64,000 bases of DNA from Steroidobacter sp. Its GTDB lineage: Bacteria > Pseudomonadota > Gammaproteobacteria > Steroidobacterales > Steroidobacteraceae. A model generated the notes under the pieces. The model worked only from the letters and a program-made list of their open reading frames with translations. It was not told the origin of the DNA and did no database searches. Positions within the stretch are counted from its first letter, which is position 1. Each line of letters opens with the position of its first letter. Of the stretch, positions 26,587 to 37,207 are shown in pieces. Where the stretch lies: positions 29,802 to 93,801 of the forward strand of contig JAICPY010000001.1 of assembly GCA_025929585.1 (NCBI GenBank), in the 5' to 3' direction. A program made the position numbers and the translations under genes.

Positions 26587-29064
26587 CTAAGCGTTTCCAA
26601 CCCTCTGCGCTCGAACTTCCGGCTCCGCGTGCTCGGCGGCGAGCTCTTCGGAGTCGAAGTCATCGACGTGGATGAGATCCATGACTCGACGATCGTAGTT
26701 CAAGAGCGTTGCAGCTTCGGTTTCCGACAGGATGCCGAGTGCGAGTGCTTGTTGGATCTGTCCTGGTAGGTCCAACGCGGTAATGCGGCCGGTTTTCACA
26801 CCGTCGACGCGCACGCGCTTCTCCAACGGCTCGGCTGCTTCCGCCAGCACCATGGCTTCGTGCAATAGACCCAGCGAGTTCGTGGCTTCGACCGTGCGAT
26901 AGATGCCGTTCGTTAGACGATCTCGCGTCATCGTCGAACGAAGGATTTGGTCGACGATGTCATGGCTGATTCGATCGCTCGGCGCGTGATAGGTCTGACC
27001 GCGCGGAAAAATGAACACTCGCATGAATCCCGCCAAGAAGCCGTTCGGGAAATTGCGCAAGAACGTATGCAGCTGCTCTTGGGCCTTATACAGAAGGCTT
27101 CGGCAAGCCCATTCGACCAGCGGTAAGTCCTCTTCGGGACGGCCTTGGTTCTCATAGTGTTTGAGCACCATCGAGGACAGATACATGCACGAAAGCACAT
27201 CGCCGAGACGCGCCGATAAGCTTTCCTTTTTCTTGAGATAGCCGCCGAGCGTCAGCATTGCGACGTCGGTGGCGAATGCGAACGAGGCGCTGAAGCGATT
27301 GATGTGTTGATAGAAGCGCTGCGTCGATCCGGTATCCGGCACGCGCGAGAAGCGCGCCAAGGTGAATGCCATGATCAAGGAACGTACCGCGTTGCTGATC
27401 GTGAATCCAATGTGTCCAAACAATGCTCGATCGAAGTCCTTCAAACCTTTGTGCTTATCCTTCTCGCGAGCGGCGTTCATCTCGCGCAGCACGAAAGGGT
27501 GACAACGAATCGCACCCTGACCAAAAATGATGAGCGAGCGAGTCAGGAGATTCGCACCTTCCACCGTAATCGCGACCGGCACGACTTGATAACCGCGAGC
27601 CAGATAGTTCTTTGGACCCAGGCAGATGCCTTTGCCGCCGTGCACGTCCATTGCGTCGTTCGCAACCATGCGTCCGAATTCGGTGAGGTGATACTTCAGC
27701 ATTGCTGAAGGCACGGAAGGCTTCTCGCCCCCATCGATCGCGCCGGCGGTAACCGAGCGGGCCGCGTCCATGATGTACGTGTGCCCTGCCATTCGCGCCA
27801 GCACTTCCGCAACGCCTTCGAATTGCCCGACCGGCACGTTGAATTGACGCCGGATGCGCGTGTAGGCACCGGACGCGAATACTGCAGCTTTTGCCCCTCC
27901 GGTCGCGCTCGAAGGCAGGGAGATGCAACGCCCGACTGAAAGTTGTTCGACCAACATGCGCCAGCCTTGGCCAGCCATCTTCGCCCCACCGATGACGAAA
28001 TCCAGCGGCACGAATACGTCCTTGCCTTGGATCGGCCCATTTTGAAACGGCACGTTCAACGGGAAATGCCGGCGTCCGATCGTAATGCCGGGTGTCGCTC
28101 GCGGAATCAGCGCGCATGTGATTCCGTAATCTATCTGCTCTGCTCCCAGCAGACGGTCCGGATCGTAGAGCTTGAACGCAAGACCGATCACGGTCGCGAT
28201 CGGTGCGAGCGTGATGTAGCGCTTGGAGAAATTCAGTCGAAGACCGATGACTTCGCGGCCTTCATACATGCCTTTGCAGACGATGCCGGTATCTGGAATC
28301 GATGCAGCATCGGAACCTGCGCGTGGCCCGGTCAAAGCAAAACAAGGGACTTCCTCGCCGCGCGCGAGTCTGGGCAAGTAATGATTGCGCTGTTCTTCCG
28401 TGCCGTAATGCAGGAGCAACTCCGCAGGCCCGAGTGAGTTCGGCACCGCGACGGTCGAGCTGACGACGCTCGATCGACTCGCGAGTTTCACCAACACGCA
28501 GGAATGCGCATAGGCCGAAAATTCCAATCCGCCGTACTTCTTCGGGATGATCATCGCGAAGAAGCCCTTCGTCTTTAAGTAGTCCCATACATGGGGCGGC
28601 AGATCGGCGCGCCGATGAGTGATTTCCCAGTCATCGATCATGCGGCAAAGCTCTTCGCATGGACCATCGATGAAAGCCTGTTCCTCGGCGGTCAGCTTCG
28701 GGGTGGCGGCGGATAAAAGCTTTTCCCAATCGGGTCCGCCCGTGAACAGCTCGCCATCCCACCAAACGGTGCCCGCTTCGAGCGCATCCTTTTCTGTTTG
28801 AGACATCGAGGGCAGGAGTCGACGATAGGTGCGCAGGAAGGGTCGACTGATGAAGCGGATCCGGATCGCATCGATGTTGAGTAGCACTAATCCCGCAAGG
28901 ATCAGCCAAAGCACGACCATCGACGGCAGACTCCCGTTGCCCGCCAGCGCATAGACAAAGAGCGCAGCTCCATAGGTAATCGTCGCAGTCAGGAGCGAGA
29001 CGCGCTGATAAGCAAGTACCAACGCACCGGCGAGAAAGATGAAGAACCAGACAACACTGCTCAC
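26587..29064 (-). CDS. fadE: Acyl-CoA dehydrogenase, long FadE type
   Basis: N-terminal TM segments, EAGTVWWDGELF, CFALTGPRAGSDA, ITVEGANLLTR, C-terminal DUF1974-like region. GTG start at 29064 with RBS GAGG. Confidence 0.94.
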   Translation of the reverse strand: MSSVVWFFIFLAGALVLAYQRVSLLTATITYGAALFVYALAGNGSLPSMVVLWLILAGLVLLNIDAIRIRFISRPFLRTYRRLLPSMSQTEKDALEAGTVWWDGELFTGGPDWEKLLSAATPKLTAEEQAFIDGPCEELCRMIDDWEITHRRADLPPHVWDYLKTKGFFAMIIPKKYGGLEFSAYAHSCVLVKLASRSSVVSSTVAVPNSLGPAELLLHYGTEEQRNHYLPRLARGEEVPCFALTGPRAGSDAASIPDTGIVCKGMYEGREVIGLRLNFSKRYITLAPIATVIGLAFKLYDPDRLLGAEQIDYGITCALIPRATPGITIGRRHFPLNVPFQNGPIQGKDVFVPLDFVIGGAKMAGQGWRMLVEQLSVGRCISLPSSATGGAKAAVFASGAYTRIRRQFNVPVGQFEGVAEVLARMAGHTYIMDAARSVTAGAIDGGEKPSVPSAMLKYHLTEFGRMVANDAMDVHGGKGICLGPKNYLARGYQVVPVAITVEGANLLTRSLIIFGQGAIRCHPFVLREMNAAREKDKHKGLKDFDRALFGHIGFTISNAVRSLIMAFTLARFSRVPDTGSTQRFYQHINRFSASFAFATDVAMLTLGGYLKKKESLSARLGDVLSCMYLSSMVLKHYENQGRPEEDLPLVEWACRSLLYKAQEQLHTFLRNFPNGFLAGFMRVFIFPRGQTYHAPSDRISHDIVDQILRSTMTRDRLTNGIYRTVEATNSLGLLHEAMVLAEAAEPLEKRVRVDGVKTGRITALDLPGQIQQALALGILSETEAATLLNYDRRVMDLIHVDDFDSEELAAEHAEPEVRAQRVGNA

Positions 29065-29188
29065 GGCGTGGACCTCAGGATTCAAGGATTCGCCTCATGC
29101 GAACCGGGAGCCGGCGTCAACAACGCCGGACTTTGAGGCAGGCGATCACACTAGCTCGCCGTGTTGGTGGCAGCAAGCTCGATGCGGC

Positions 29189-29203
29189 GATTGTCGGACA
29201 ATC
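29189..29203. promoter_or_regulatory. Perfect 15-bp palindrome, candidate operator upstream of fadE
   Basis: GATTGTC-G-GACAATC. Confidence 0.4.
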
Positions 29204-29232
29204 CTGCGGCGAGCGGCGGACGGCGGAAGTGT

Positions 29233-29362
29233 GTCGTGATTCGTGACCCGGCCGCCTGCAGGTGCAAGTGTCTCGTGATCCGTGACTCGCGGGTAGTCAG
29301 AAGGGGGCGCGAGGATTTCGTCGAGCATTCTTGCTACCCGCGACCCGCTAGTCACGACCCGC
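29233..29362. repeat. Inverted 7-mer array, TCGTGA/TCACGA type
   Basis: Duplicated AAGTGT...CGTGAT.CGTGAC block, GTCAGA at 29296, right arm CCGCGAC/TCACGAC. Confidence 0.7.
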
Positions 29363-29396
29363 TTTCGCGGCCGAAGCTCGCGCGCCGCCATCGCGG

Positions 29397-30374
29397 CTAG
29401 ATCAGCTCCTTCACGCCATCGCGCTCTTCGAGCAATTCTTTATGAGTCGCATCGATGCGTTGACGGCTGAAGTCATTGATCGCAAGCCCCTGCACGATTT
29501 GGTATTGACCATTCTTGCAGGTGACCGGATAACCGAAGATCACTCCGGCAGCCACACCATAGCTGCCATCCGAAGGCACTCCCATGCTCACCCAGTCGCC
29601 ATCGGCAGTGCCCTTGACCCAATCGCGCACGTGGTCGATGGCAGCGGAAGCAGCGGAGGCAGCTGACGATGCCCCTCTTGCTTTGATGATGGCTGCTCCG
29701 CGCTGCTGCACGACAGGGATAAAGGTACCGGCGTACCAGTCCTGGTCGATCAGCGACAATGCTGGACGGCCATCGACGAGAGTGTGGTGCAAGTCGGGGT
29801 ACTGGGTGGAGGAATGATTACCCCAGATCGTGACGCGCTGAATCTTCGTCACATGTTGAGCGGTCTTCTCCGCAAGTTGCGCCGCAGCGCGGTTGTGATC
29901 CAAGCGCACCATCGCGGTGAAGTTTGCAGGGTTCAAGCTCGGAGCATTGCGCTGCGCGATCAGCGAGTTCGTGTTGGCCGGATTGCCGACCACTAGCACT
30001 CGCACGTCGCGGCTTGCGACGGCGTCCAGCGCCTTGCCTTGCGCGGAGAAGATCTGCGCATTCGCGAGCAGCAGATCTTTGCGTTCCATGCCCGGGCCAC
30101 GCGGACGAGCACCGACCAACAGCGCGACATCGCAATCTTTGAAGGCCACTTTGGCATCGTCGGTCGCGACAATCTTGTTCAGCGTCGGGAAAGCGCAATC
30201 GCTCAGTTCCATCACCACGCCTTGCAAAGCGCCAAGGGCTGGGGTGATTTCCAGCAAGTGCAGATTGATCGGCTGATCGGCACCCAACATCTGCCCGGAC
30301 GCGACTCGGAACGCAAGGGCATAGCCAATCTGACCGGCGGCTCCGGTGATCGCGACATTAACAGGCTTCTTCAT
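29397..30374 (-). CDS. mdh: Malate dehydrogenase (type 2 family)
   Basis: [41 protein letters not shown]. Start MKKPV at 30374. Confidence 0.97.
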   Translation of the reverse strand: MKKPVNVAITGAAGQIGYALAFRVASGQMLGADQPINLHLLEITPALGALQGVVMELSDCAFPTLNKIVATDDAKVAFKDCDVALLVGARPRGPGMERKDLLLANAQIFSAQGKALDAVASRDVRVLVVGNPANTNSLIAQRNAPSLNPANFTAMVRLDHNRAAAQLAEKTAQHVTKIQRVTIWGNHSSTQYPDLHHTLVDGRPALSLIDQDWYAGTFIPVVQQRGAAIIKARGASSAASAASAAIDHVRDWVKGTADGDWVSMGVPSDGSYGVAAGVIFGYPVTCKNGQYQIVQGLAINDFSRQRIDATHKELLEERDGVKELI

Positions 30375-30651
30375 AGATACTGCTCCAATTATGCTGGGTG
30401 CTCGCCAGCTGCGATGGCTCGGTACGGATCTGCACGCGAGCACTCGATCGAACTCAAAAAGCCGATTGCACTTCTGGCAGAGCCGCGACAGATTGCCCTG
30501 CAATCCGGCGGGCGCGGATTCTAGCAATCGTGATGCTCAGCCGCCACGAGGGGCGCCAAGACATTCACGCCGGCGTTCCTGCCGGAACAATAGCGCGGGC
30601 ATGTCGATTAATTCCGACGACATGCGTTATTTCGCATAGTTGGGAGTACGC

Positions 30652-32061
30652 GTGGGCCGACTCGTTTGTGTTTCCAATCGTATCTCGCTGCCACGCAAGT
30701 CCGCGGCGCCAGGCGGCCTAGCCGTCGGAATCTTGAGTGCGTTGAAGCGCACCGGGGGCGTTTGGTTTGGGTGGGGCGGGGACACCACCGAGCAAGATCC
30801 TCCTACCGAACCCGACATTCATATCCGAGACGGTGTCACCTACGCGACGATCGAGCTGCGTCAGAGCGAATACGAGCTGTACTACAACGGCTATTCGAAT
30901 GACCTGTTGTGGCCGCTGTTCCATTATTTCCTGCGCGGCATGCGCTATTCCAACGAAGAGCGAGATGCCTATGAAAGCGTCAACCGCTCCTTTGCACAGA
31001 AGCTCAGCCCGCTCCTGCAGCCTCAGGACTTGATTTGGGTCCATGACTATCACCTGATTCCGCTCGGCCGGTTGCTGCGCGAGGCAGGGGTCAAGCGCCC
31101 GCTAGGTTTTTTCTTGCACATCCCTTTTCCGAACATCGAGATGTTGAGGGTGCTGCCCACGTATGCAGAGCTGCTGCGCGATCTGACGCATTACGACGTG
31201 ATCGGCTTTCAAACCGAAAACGACCTCAAAGGCTTTCATTCCGGCATCGAGCATCTATTCGGAGCAGAAGCCATCCGTTCCGATGGGCGCATTCGCGTCG
31301 GCGATCGAGTGCTGCGGGCCGAAGTATTTCCGATCGGTGTCGATGTCGATTCCATGCAAGCGGAGGCGATCGCGGCCATGGAAACGGATGTCGTCAAGCG
31401 AATGATCGATAGCTTGATGTCGCGCTCACTGATGATCGGAGTCGACCGGCTCGACTACAGCAAGGGATTGGTCGAACGTTTCTCCGCCTATCAGCAGTTC
31501 CTAGAAACTTATCCGGATAACATTGGCCGCATCACCTATATCCAGATCGCACCTCTATCGCGTACCGACGTGCGTGCCTATGCGGATATTCGCAAGGCGT
31601 TGGAGCAGGCTGCGGGGCGCACGAACGGACGGTTTGCGGATACCGATTGGACGCCGATTCGTTATCTGAACCGAAATTTTCCGCACGGGACCTTATCCGG
31701 GTTCTTGCGCGCAGCGAACGTGGGCGTCGTCACGCCTCTTCGTGATGGCATGAATCTGGTGGCGAAGGAATTCGTTGCGGCGCAAGACATAGATAATCCC
31801 GGCGTGTTGATCTTGTCGACACTGGCGGGCGCTGCGCGCGAGCTGGGATCCGCGTTACTCGTAAATCCATATGACACTCGAGCAGTGAGCCACGCGATGC
31901 AAACCGCGCTTTCTATGCCCTTGGCCGAACGCCGCGAACGACACATGGCTATGCTGGAAGTCGTCAAACGCAACGATATTTCGAGCTGGACAAACCGGTT
32001 CGTAGAGGCGCTCGAAGCGTCTCAGAGGGATCAGTCGCGTCCGCGCGTCTTGGCTAGCTAG
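30652..32061 (+). CDS. otsA: Trehalose-6-phosphate synthase (GT20)
   Basis: VSNR, LWPLFHY, WVHDYHL, GVDRLDYSKG, DGMNLVAKEF. GTG start at 30652 with RBS GGAG. Confidence 0.96.
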   Translation: MGRLVCVSNRISLPRKSAAPGGLAVGILSALKRTGGVWFGWGGDTTEQDPPTEPDIHIRDGVTYATIELRQSEYELYYNGYSNDLLWPLFHYFLRGMRYSNEERDAYESVNRSFAQKLSPLLQPQDLIWVHDYHLIPLGRLLREAGVKRPLGFFLHIPFPNIEMLRVLPTYAELLRDLTHYDVIGFQTENDLKGFHSGIEHLFGAEAIRSDGRIRVGDRVLRAEVFPIGVDVDSMQAEAIAAMETDVVKRMIDSLMSRSLMIGVDRLDYSKGLVERFSAYQQFLETYPDNIGRITYIQIAPLSRTDVRAYADIRKALEQAAGRTNGRFADTDWTPIRYLNRNFPHGTLSGFLRAANVGVVTPLRDGMNLVAKEFVAAQDIDNPGVLILSTLAGAARELGSALLVNPYDTRAVSHAMQTALSMPLAERRERHMAMLEVVKRNDISSWTNRFVEALEASQRDQSRPRVLAS

Positions 32062-32160
32062 TGGGGAAGTGACGAAGTGACGAGGTGACGGGGTGACGAC
32101 GTCAGATAGAGCGCGCACACATTCTGGCTTCGTCACCCCGTCACTTCGTCACCTCGTCAC
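32061..32160. repeat. Inverted 8-mer array, GTGACGAA type
   Basis: Five units then GTCAGA; TCTGGC then four NNCGTCAC units; convergent otsA/mscS junction. Confidence 0.92.
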
Positions 32161-33256
32161 TTGGGCTTTCCTCAATCATCTCCGTCTGCACAGCGACTGG
32201 CCGCTCGACTTTCAAACGCTGCACGTTCTGCGCGAGCGATACGCCTTCATTCTCCAGCATCTCCAATAGTTTCAGCTGCAGGTCCTGCAGGATATCCATG
32301 TGCCGATTGAAGTCAGCGGACTTCACGATGTAGATCGTTTCGAAGTCGAAGGACGATACGCTGATCTTCGCGAAATGAGATCGATCGAATTGCGTGTCAG
32401 GGTACGCTTCGATGAGCTTGCGCAGCGCGTTCGGAATCGCCGCAAGCTTCTCGCGGGAAGTATCTTGGGTCACGCCGAAGGTGAGCACTACTCTGCGTTG
32501 CTGCATTCGTGCGAAGTTGCGTACACGGCTGCTGAGCAGATTGGAGTTCGGCATGATGATTTGCTCACCATCCGGACTGCGCAAGCGAGTGCTCTTCACG
32601 CCGATGTACTCAACTGTGCCTGCGATTCCATCGACCGAGAGCGCGTCGCCGACCACGAAGGGCTTATCGAGAGTGATCGACAGCGAGGCGAACAGATCGC
32701 TCAACACGTTCTGGACCGCCAGGGCGACGGCGATACCACCGATGCCGAGACCGGCAAGTAATGGCTTGATCTCAATGCCTAGATTGTCGAGCGTGAGCAG
32801 CACTACCAGCGACCAAATCGTCGCGCGCGCGATAAAACCGATGATGCCGATCGTGCCGGCGGCTGCGCGGTCCGTAGTTAGGGCTGCTCGCTGCTTGCGC
32901 TCCAGAGCTGCGAGAACGGCAGTCGTCGCCCAAGCGCCAGCCTGCCAAAACGCGTTGATGGTGAAAATCGTGAACATCAGTGTGTCGATCTTCGAAGGCA
33001 GATCCAACGACTGCGACGCTGCGAACAGTGCGGCAATGAAGATGAACAGCAGCGCGGTGCGACTGACGACCATGAGTGGAAGCTCGATCAACTCTTCCTT
33101 CGGTGTGGCCATCAACTTCGCATGCTGAGCTCGGACCAAACGGCGAACGAGCAGCAGGCTCAGGAGCACGCCCACAAAGACCGCAACCGCCGTCAACCAT
33201 TGCGACGGGGTATTGCCGAGGTAGCGCGTATCCAGTAGGTGAGTAATGTCAGTCAT
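32141..33256 (-). CDS. Small-conductance mechanosensitive channel (MscS family)
   Basis: GIGGIAVALAVQNVLSDLFAS, DKPFVVGD, GTVEYIGVKSTRLR. Confidence 0.92.
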   Translation of the reverse strand: MTDITHLLDTRYLGNTPSQWLTAVAVFVGVLLSLLLVRRLVRAQHAKLMATPKEELIELPLMVVSRTALLFIFIAALFAASQSLDLPSKIDTLMFTIFTINAFWQAGAWATTAVLAALERKQRAALTTDRAAAGTIGIIGFIARATIWSLVVLLTLDNLGIEIKPLLAGLGIGGIAVALAVQNVLSDLFASLSITLDKPFVVGDALSVDGIAGTVEYIGVKSTRLRSPDGEQIIMPNSNLLSSRVRNFARMQQRRVVLTFGVTQDTSREKLAAIPNALRKLIEAYPDTQFDRSHFAKISVSSFDFETIYIVKSADFNRHMDILQDLQLKLLEMLENEGVSLAQNVQRLKVERPVAVQTEMIEESPSDEVTK

Positions 33257-33305
33257 TGGTGAAGGCTGAGACGTGAAAAAGCGATTCTAGCCGCTGAATG
33301 CTGCC

Positions 33306-33425
33306 GTAATGAAGGTGACCAAAGTGACGCAGGTTCCCGAACGGGAGGTGCCGGCGCCTTTCAGATGCTGGGGAATGCTTGTTCCGACGTCTATCACTTA
33401 CATCGCTTTTCGCCGGCTCCATCAC
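33306..33425. repeat. Degenerate inverted 9-mer array
   Basis: gtaatgaag gtgaccaaa gtgacgcag; right arm TTCCGAC, gtctatcac, ttacatcgc, ctccatcac. Confidence 0.6.
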
Positions 33426-33480
33426 TTGCCTTGTTCCATTTGCTACCATCCCCCGTCTCTTTACGGACGCTGTTTTGCAC

Positions 33481-34593
33481 GTGTTACTGGAAGCGAAAAG
33501 AACCGACGATGCGCTCGTGCTGCACTTAAAGGGAGCATGGCGGATCGATAACATCGCTTCGATCGAGGAAGCGCTGCGAGCTTTGCCGCAAACCTCGGAG
33601 CCGCGCGTCACCGTGCATTTCGACCAGCTCGACTACATCGATCTATCAGGCGCCTGGCTGCTGCACCGCTGGTTGGGTCAGTCGGGCGGACAAGTCGAGC
33701 TCAAAGGCGATCCACCGCAGCATTTCGACTTCATCGAAGACGTTTTGCATCAGCAGCCGAAGGAAAGTGTCGAGCCCCCCGAGGGACGGCTTTCGCTTCA
33801 TGAGGCGCTGATATGGATCGGCCGCAATTCGGTGGCCTGGTTGCGCAGGATCCAGCAAACAGTCAGCTATCTCGGCCGTGTAGCCGTAAACGCAGTGGGC
33901 GCGCTCGGTAGTGTGCATCGCTTGCGCGTGCCTTCGATCGCTCGTCACATATATGAAACCGGAATTCAGGCGATTCCGATCGTTTCGCTGATCGCATTCT
34001 TGATCAGCGTCATCGTTGCCTATCTCGGCGCACAACAGCTGCAGCAGTTCGGCGCGGAGATCTTCACCGTCGATCTGGTGTCGATTGCCGTTTTGCGCGA
34101 AATGGCACCGCTGTTGACCGCCATTATCGTCGCGGGACGTTCGGGTAGCGCCTTTGCCGCCGAGATCGGCGTGATGCGCTTGAACGATGAGATCGATGCG
34201 CTGCAGTCCATGGGCGTCAATCATTTCGAAGTGCTGGTGTTGCCTCGGTTGCTTGGGCTGGTCGTCGCCTTACCGTTGCTCACTGTCATTGCCGATGCGA
34301 TGGGGCTCGCAGGCGGTGCGCTCTTGTCTTCCGTTCTGCTCGATATCTCACTCGCTCAATTTCTACCGCGTATGCAGGATGCGTTGGCTCCGACAACCTT
34401 CTGGGCTGGAATCGTCAAGACCCCTGTCTTCGCGCTGGTCATCGCGCTGGTCGGCACGTATCGCGGATTGCAGGTTCGCGAATCATCTCGCGAGCTCGGC
34501 CGACTCACCACCGTCGCTGTCGTGCAATCCATCTTCCTCGTAATCTTCGCCGACGCAATATTCGCTGTCGTGTTCGTGGAATTGGATTTTTAG
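33481..34593 (+). CDS. MlaE-family ABC permease with N-terminal STAS-like domain
   Basis: DYIDLSGAWLL STAS-like segment, LREMAPLLTAIIVAGRSGSAFAAEIG. Probable GTG start at 33481. Confidence 0.9.
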   Translation: MLLEAKRTDDALVLHLKGAWRIDNIASIEEALRALPQTSEPRVTVHFDQLDYIDLSGAWLLHRWLGQSGGQVELKGDPPQHFDFIEDVLHQQPKESVEPPEGRLSLHEALIWIGRNSVAWLRRIQQTVSYLGRVAVNAVGALGSVHRLRVPSIARHIYETGIQAIPIVSLIAFLISVIVAYLGAQQLQQFGAEIFTVDLVSIAVLREMAPLLTAIIVAGRSGSAFAAEIGVMRLNDEIDALQSMGVNHFEVLVLPRLLGLVVALPLLTVIADAMGLAGGALLSSVLLDISLAQFLPRMQDALAPTTFWAGIVKTPVFALVIALVGTYRGLQVRESSRELGRLTTVAVVQSIFLVIFADAIFAVVFVELDF

Positions 34594-34601
34594 ATGCAGA
34601 A

Positions 34602-34697
34602 GGCGATAGGCGATAGCGGATGGGCGATAGTCAGATGCCGGCTAGTTGTTGACATGCACGTTCTGACTATCCCCTATCCCCTATCCCCTATCCCCTT
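34602..34697. repeat. Inverted 7-mer array, GGCGATA type
   Basis: Four units then GTCAGA (34630); TCTGAC (34662) then TATCCCC x4. Confidence 0.92.
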
Positions 34698-34709
34698 CGC
34701 GGACGTGTA

Positions 34710-35483
34710 ATGAGCGCTCCTCCCATCATCTCCGTTCGAGGTGTCACCAATCGGTTCGGCCAACAGGTCGTCCACGATGCGGTTGATCTAGATGTTCGCC
34801 CGGGCGAGGTATTGGGCATTGTCGGTGGCTCGGGAAGCGGTAAATCCGTGCTCTTGCGGACGATGCTCGGGCTGCATCGACCGAACGCCGGGGAGGTGAG
34901 AATTCAAGACAAGGACATCACTCGGATGAGCGATTCGGAATTGCTCGCGGTGAAGCGCAACTATGGCGTTACTTTTCAGCACGGCGCGCTATTCAGCTCG
35001 CTGAGTGTTGCGGAAAACATTCAGCTGCCGATTCGCGAATACTTCGCTGCTTCGGAAAGCGCGCTCGAGGCGTTGACCGAGCTACGGTTGCGAATGGTGG
35101 GGCTGCCAGTGGAAGCCGGTGCAAAACTGCCTTCGCAGCTCTCCGGCGGCATGGTGAAGCGCGCGGCGCTCGCGCGGGCATTGGCACTGGATCCGACGCT
35201 GCTCTTTCTCGACGAACCGACCGCGGGATTGGACCCGATTTCGGCTGCCAGTTTCGATGACTTGGTCTCTTATCTGCATCGTAGTTTGAAGCTCACGGTC
35301 GTGATGATCACTCATGATCTGGATACACTGATCGCCACCTGTAACCGCGTTGCCGTTCTGGTTGACAGAAAGATTGTGGTCGATACGCTCGAAGCCATCA
35401 TGAATCACCCGCACCCGTGGATACGGGAATACTTTCACGGGCCGCGCGCGCGTGCTGCTCAAACTGCCGTGGACGGTCGCTGA
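34710..35483 (+). CDS. MlaF-like ABC ATP-binding protein
   Basis: Walker A GGSGSGKS, LSGGM signature, Walker B LFLDEPT. Confidence 0.93.
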   Translation: MSAPPIISVRGVTNRFGQQVVHDAVDLDVRPGEVLGIVGGSGSGKSVLLRTMLGLHRPNAGEVRIQDKDITRMSDSELLAVKRNYGVTFQHGALFSSLSVAENIQLPIREYFAASESALEALTELRLRMVGLPVEAGAKLPSQLSGGMVKRAALARALALDPTLLFLDEPTAGLDPISAASFDDLVSYLHRSLKLTVVMITHDLDTLIATCNRVAVLVDRKIVVDTLEAIMNHPHPWIREYFHGPRARAAQTAVDGR

Positions 35484-35487
35484 ACGC

Positions 35488-36423
35488 ATGGAACGAGACG
35501 CGAAATACCTGGCGGTCGGCACCTTCATCTTACTGGCAGCAGCCATGGCAGTGCTGTTCATCGTCTGGTACACCGATGCGAACGATGGGCGCGAATACAA
35601 TCTTTATGAGATTTACTACGCCGGCAGCGTGAGCGGCTTGGATCGAGGCAGTCCGGTCCGGTACTTGGGCGTAGACGTCGGGCGCGTTAGGCGTCTGGCC
35701 ATCGATCGTAGCGATGCGAGTCGAGTCGTCGTCGTCGCCGAGATCGACACGAGCGCTCCGATTTCTTCCGCAACCCGCGCGAGTCTGGGCATTCAAGGTG
35801 TCACCGGCTTGCTGTACGTCAATCTCAAGGAACAGCCGGGCGTCACGAAGGATGCGCAGCTTCGCCAAGGCACGCAGTATCCGATCATCGAATCGGTCGC
35901 TTCCGACTTCGATGTTTTCTTGGCCAGCCTTCCGGAATTGATGGGCCGCGCAACCTCGATACTGGAGCGCCTCGGGCGCGTTCTGTCGGATGAAAATCTA
36001 GAAGGCTTGGCGCAGACGATCGATAGCGTACGCACTGCCACCGCAACGTTACCGCAAACCTCCAAGGATGTGGCCGGGCTGGTCGCGGAAGTGCGCGGCA
36101 CGGTCACTGAGATACACGCCGCTGCCGAGTCTTTGCGCGCCATGACGGACGAGGTGCGCCCCGGGGTACAAGACGCAGTAGCGCGTATGAACGAGATTGC
36201 GGATAACCTCGCTGAGGCCTCGGCGCGCGTCGACACATTCACTCGCAAGAGCGAGATTCAGCTCGGGCACTTCACCGAACAGGGTCTATTCGAGCTAGAA
36301 CGGCTGGTGCGTGAAGCGCGCTCGGCCGCGCGCGAGTTCCGCGATCTATCACGCAACTTGCAGGAGAATCCCTCGCAGATCATCTATGAGCCGCAGGAAA
36401 GCGGAGTGGAGATCGAGGAGTGA
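35488..36423 (+). CDS. MlaD/MCE-domain protein with helical C-terminus
   Basis: N-terminal TM, SVSGLDRGSPVRYLGVDVGRV MCE motif, QGVTG. Confidence 0.92.
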   Translation: MERDAKYLAVGTFILLAAAMAVLFIVWYTDANDGREYNLYEIYYAGSVSGLDRGSPVRYLGVDVGRVRRLAIDRSDASRVVVVAEIDTSAPISSATRASLGIQGVTGLLYVNLKEQPGVTKDAQLRQGTQYPIIESVASDFDVFLASLPELMGRATSILERLGRVLSDENLEGLAQTIDSVRTATATLPQTSKDVAGLVAEVRGTVTEIHAAAESLRAMTDEVRPGVQDAVARMNEIADNLAEASARVDTFTRKSEIQLGHFTEQGLFELERLVREARSAAREFRDLSRNLQENPSQIIYEPQESGVEIEE

Positions 36424-36446
36424 TGGAAGCAATGAAGGCGATGGAG
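36420..36446. repeat. Single-arm 9-mer array
   Basis: gtgatggaa gcaatgaag gcgatggag, starting at the MlaD-like stop. Confidence 0.65.
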
Positions 36447-36454
36447 GAAATAAA

Positions 36455-37183
36455 GTGAGTGTCGTCCTGAAGCGCAAGCGAGCGAGGCGATGTGCTCCGA
36501 GGCATGCCACCTCTATCGCGATCAAGGCGATGCCATTCATCGTTGCTACATTCGTATCTATCTCCGGTTGCAGCACTGGATCGTTGTTCGACAGTGATAC
36601 GCCCGTACCGAGGAGCTATGTGCTCGCACCTGCTCCGCCTGCTGTGAATGCAGCACCCGCGCCCGTGGACGTGTCGGTCAGTCGACCCGATCTCGGCTCC
36701 GGCTTGGACACCGATAGGATTGCCGTGCTCAAAGGACGACACCTCGATTACTACCGAGGTGTCCGCTGGGGAAGCCGTGCGCTCGAGCTGATTCAGAATC
36801 TGGTCGTGGATTCTCTGCAAGATCAGCATCTGTTTCGCAGCGTGACGCCGGAACAGGCCCGAGTTGCGGGTGACTATGTGCTCGATCTACAGGTTCGCGA
36901 TTTTCAATCTCAGTATTCTGACAGAGCCGACGTTCCGACGGTTCGCGTCGCCATGGTGGGGAGATTGATACGCATCGTCGATCGCGAGTTGGTCGCAATC
37001 GTTACCTCCGAGGCGAACGTCGAGGCGCAAGACGATCGCCTGAGCGCGGTTATGGCGGCGTTCGAGTCGGCCTCGCACCGCGCCATCCTGGATTTGGGCG
37101 CGAAGCTGTCTTCTGTCGTTGCGAACGATGCGAATACCTTGCGAGCGGCACGCGCAGAAGGCGAGCCGGCAACCGTGCAGTAA
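36455..37183 (+). CDS. PqiC-like ABC auxiliary lipoprotein
   Basis: Lipobox ISGC, DTDRIAV, YRGVRW; last gene of the MCE operon. Start GTG 36455 (RBS GGAGG) or ATG 36530. Confidence 0.82.
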   Translation: MSVVLKRKRARRCAPRHATSIAIKAMPFIVATFVSISGCSTGSLFDSDTPVPRSYVLAPAPPAVNAAPAPVDVSVSRPDLGSGLDTDRIAVLKGRHLDYYRGVRWGSRALELIQNLVVDSLQDQHLFRSVTPEQARVAGDYVLDLQVRDFQSQYSDRADVPTVRVAMVGRLIRIVDRELVAIVTSEANVEAQDDRLSAVMAAFESASHRAILDLGAKLSSVVANDANTLRAARAEGEPATVQ

Positions 37184-37207
37184 CCGAAGACACAACCTGT
37201 TTATTCA

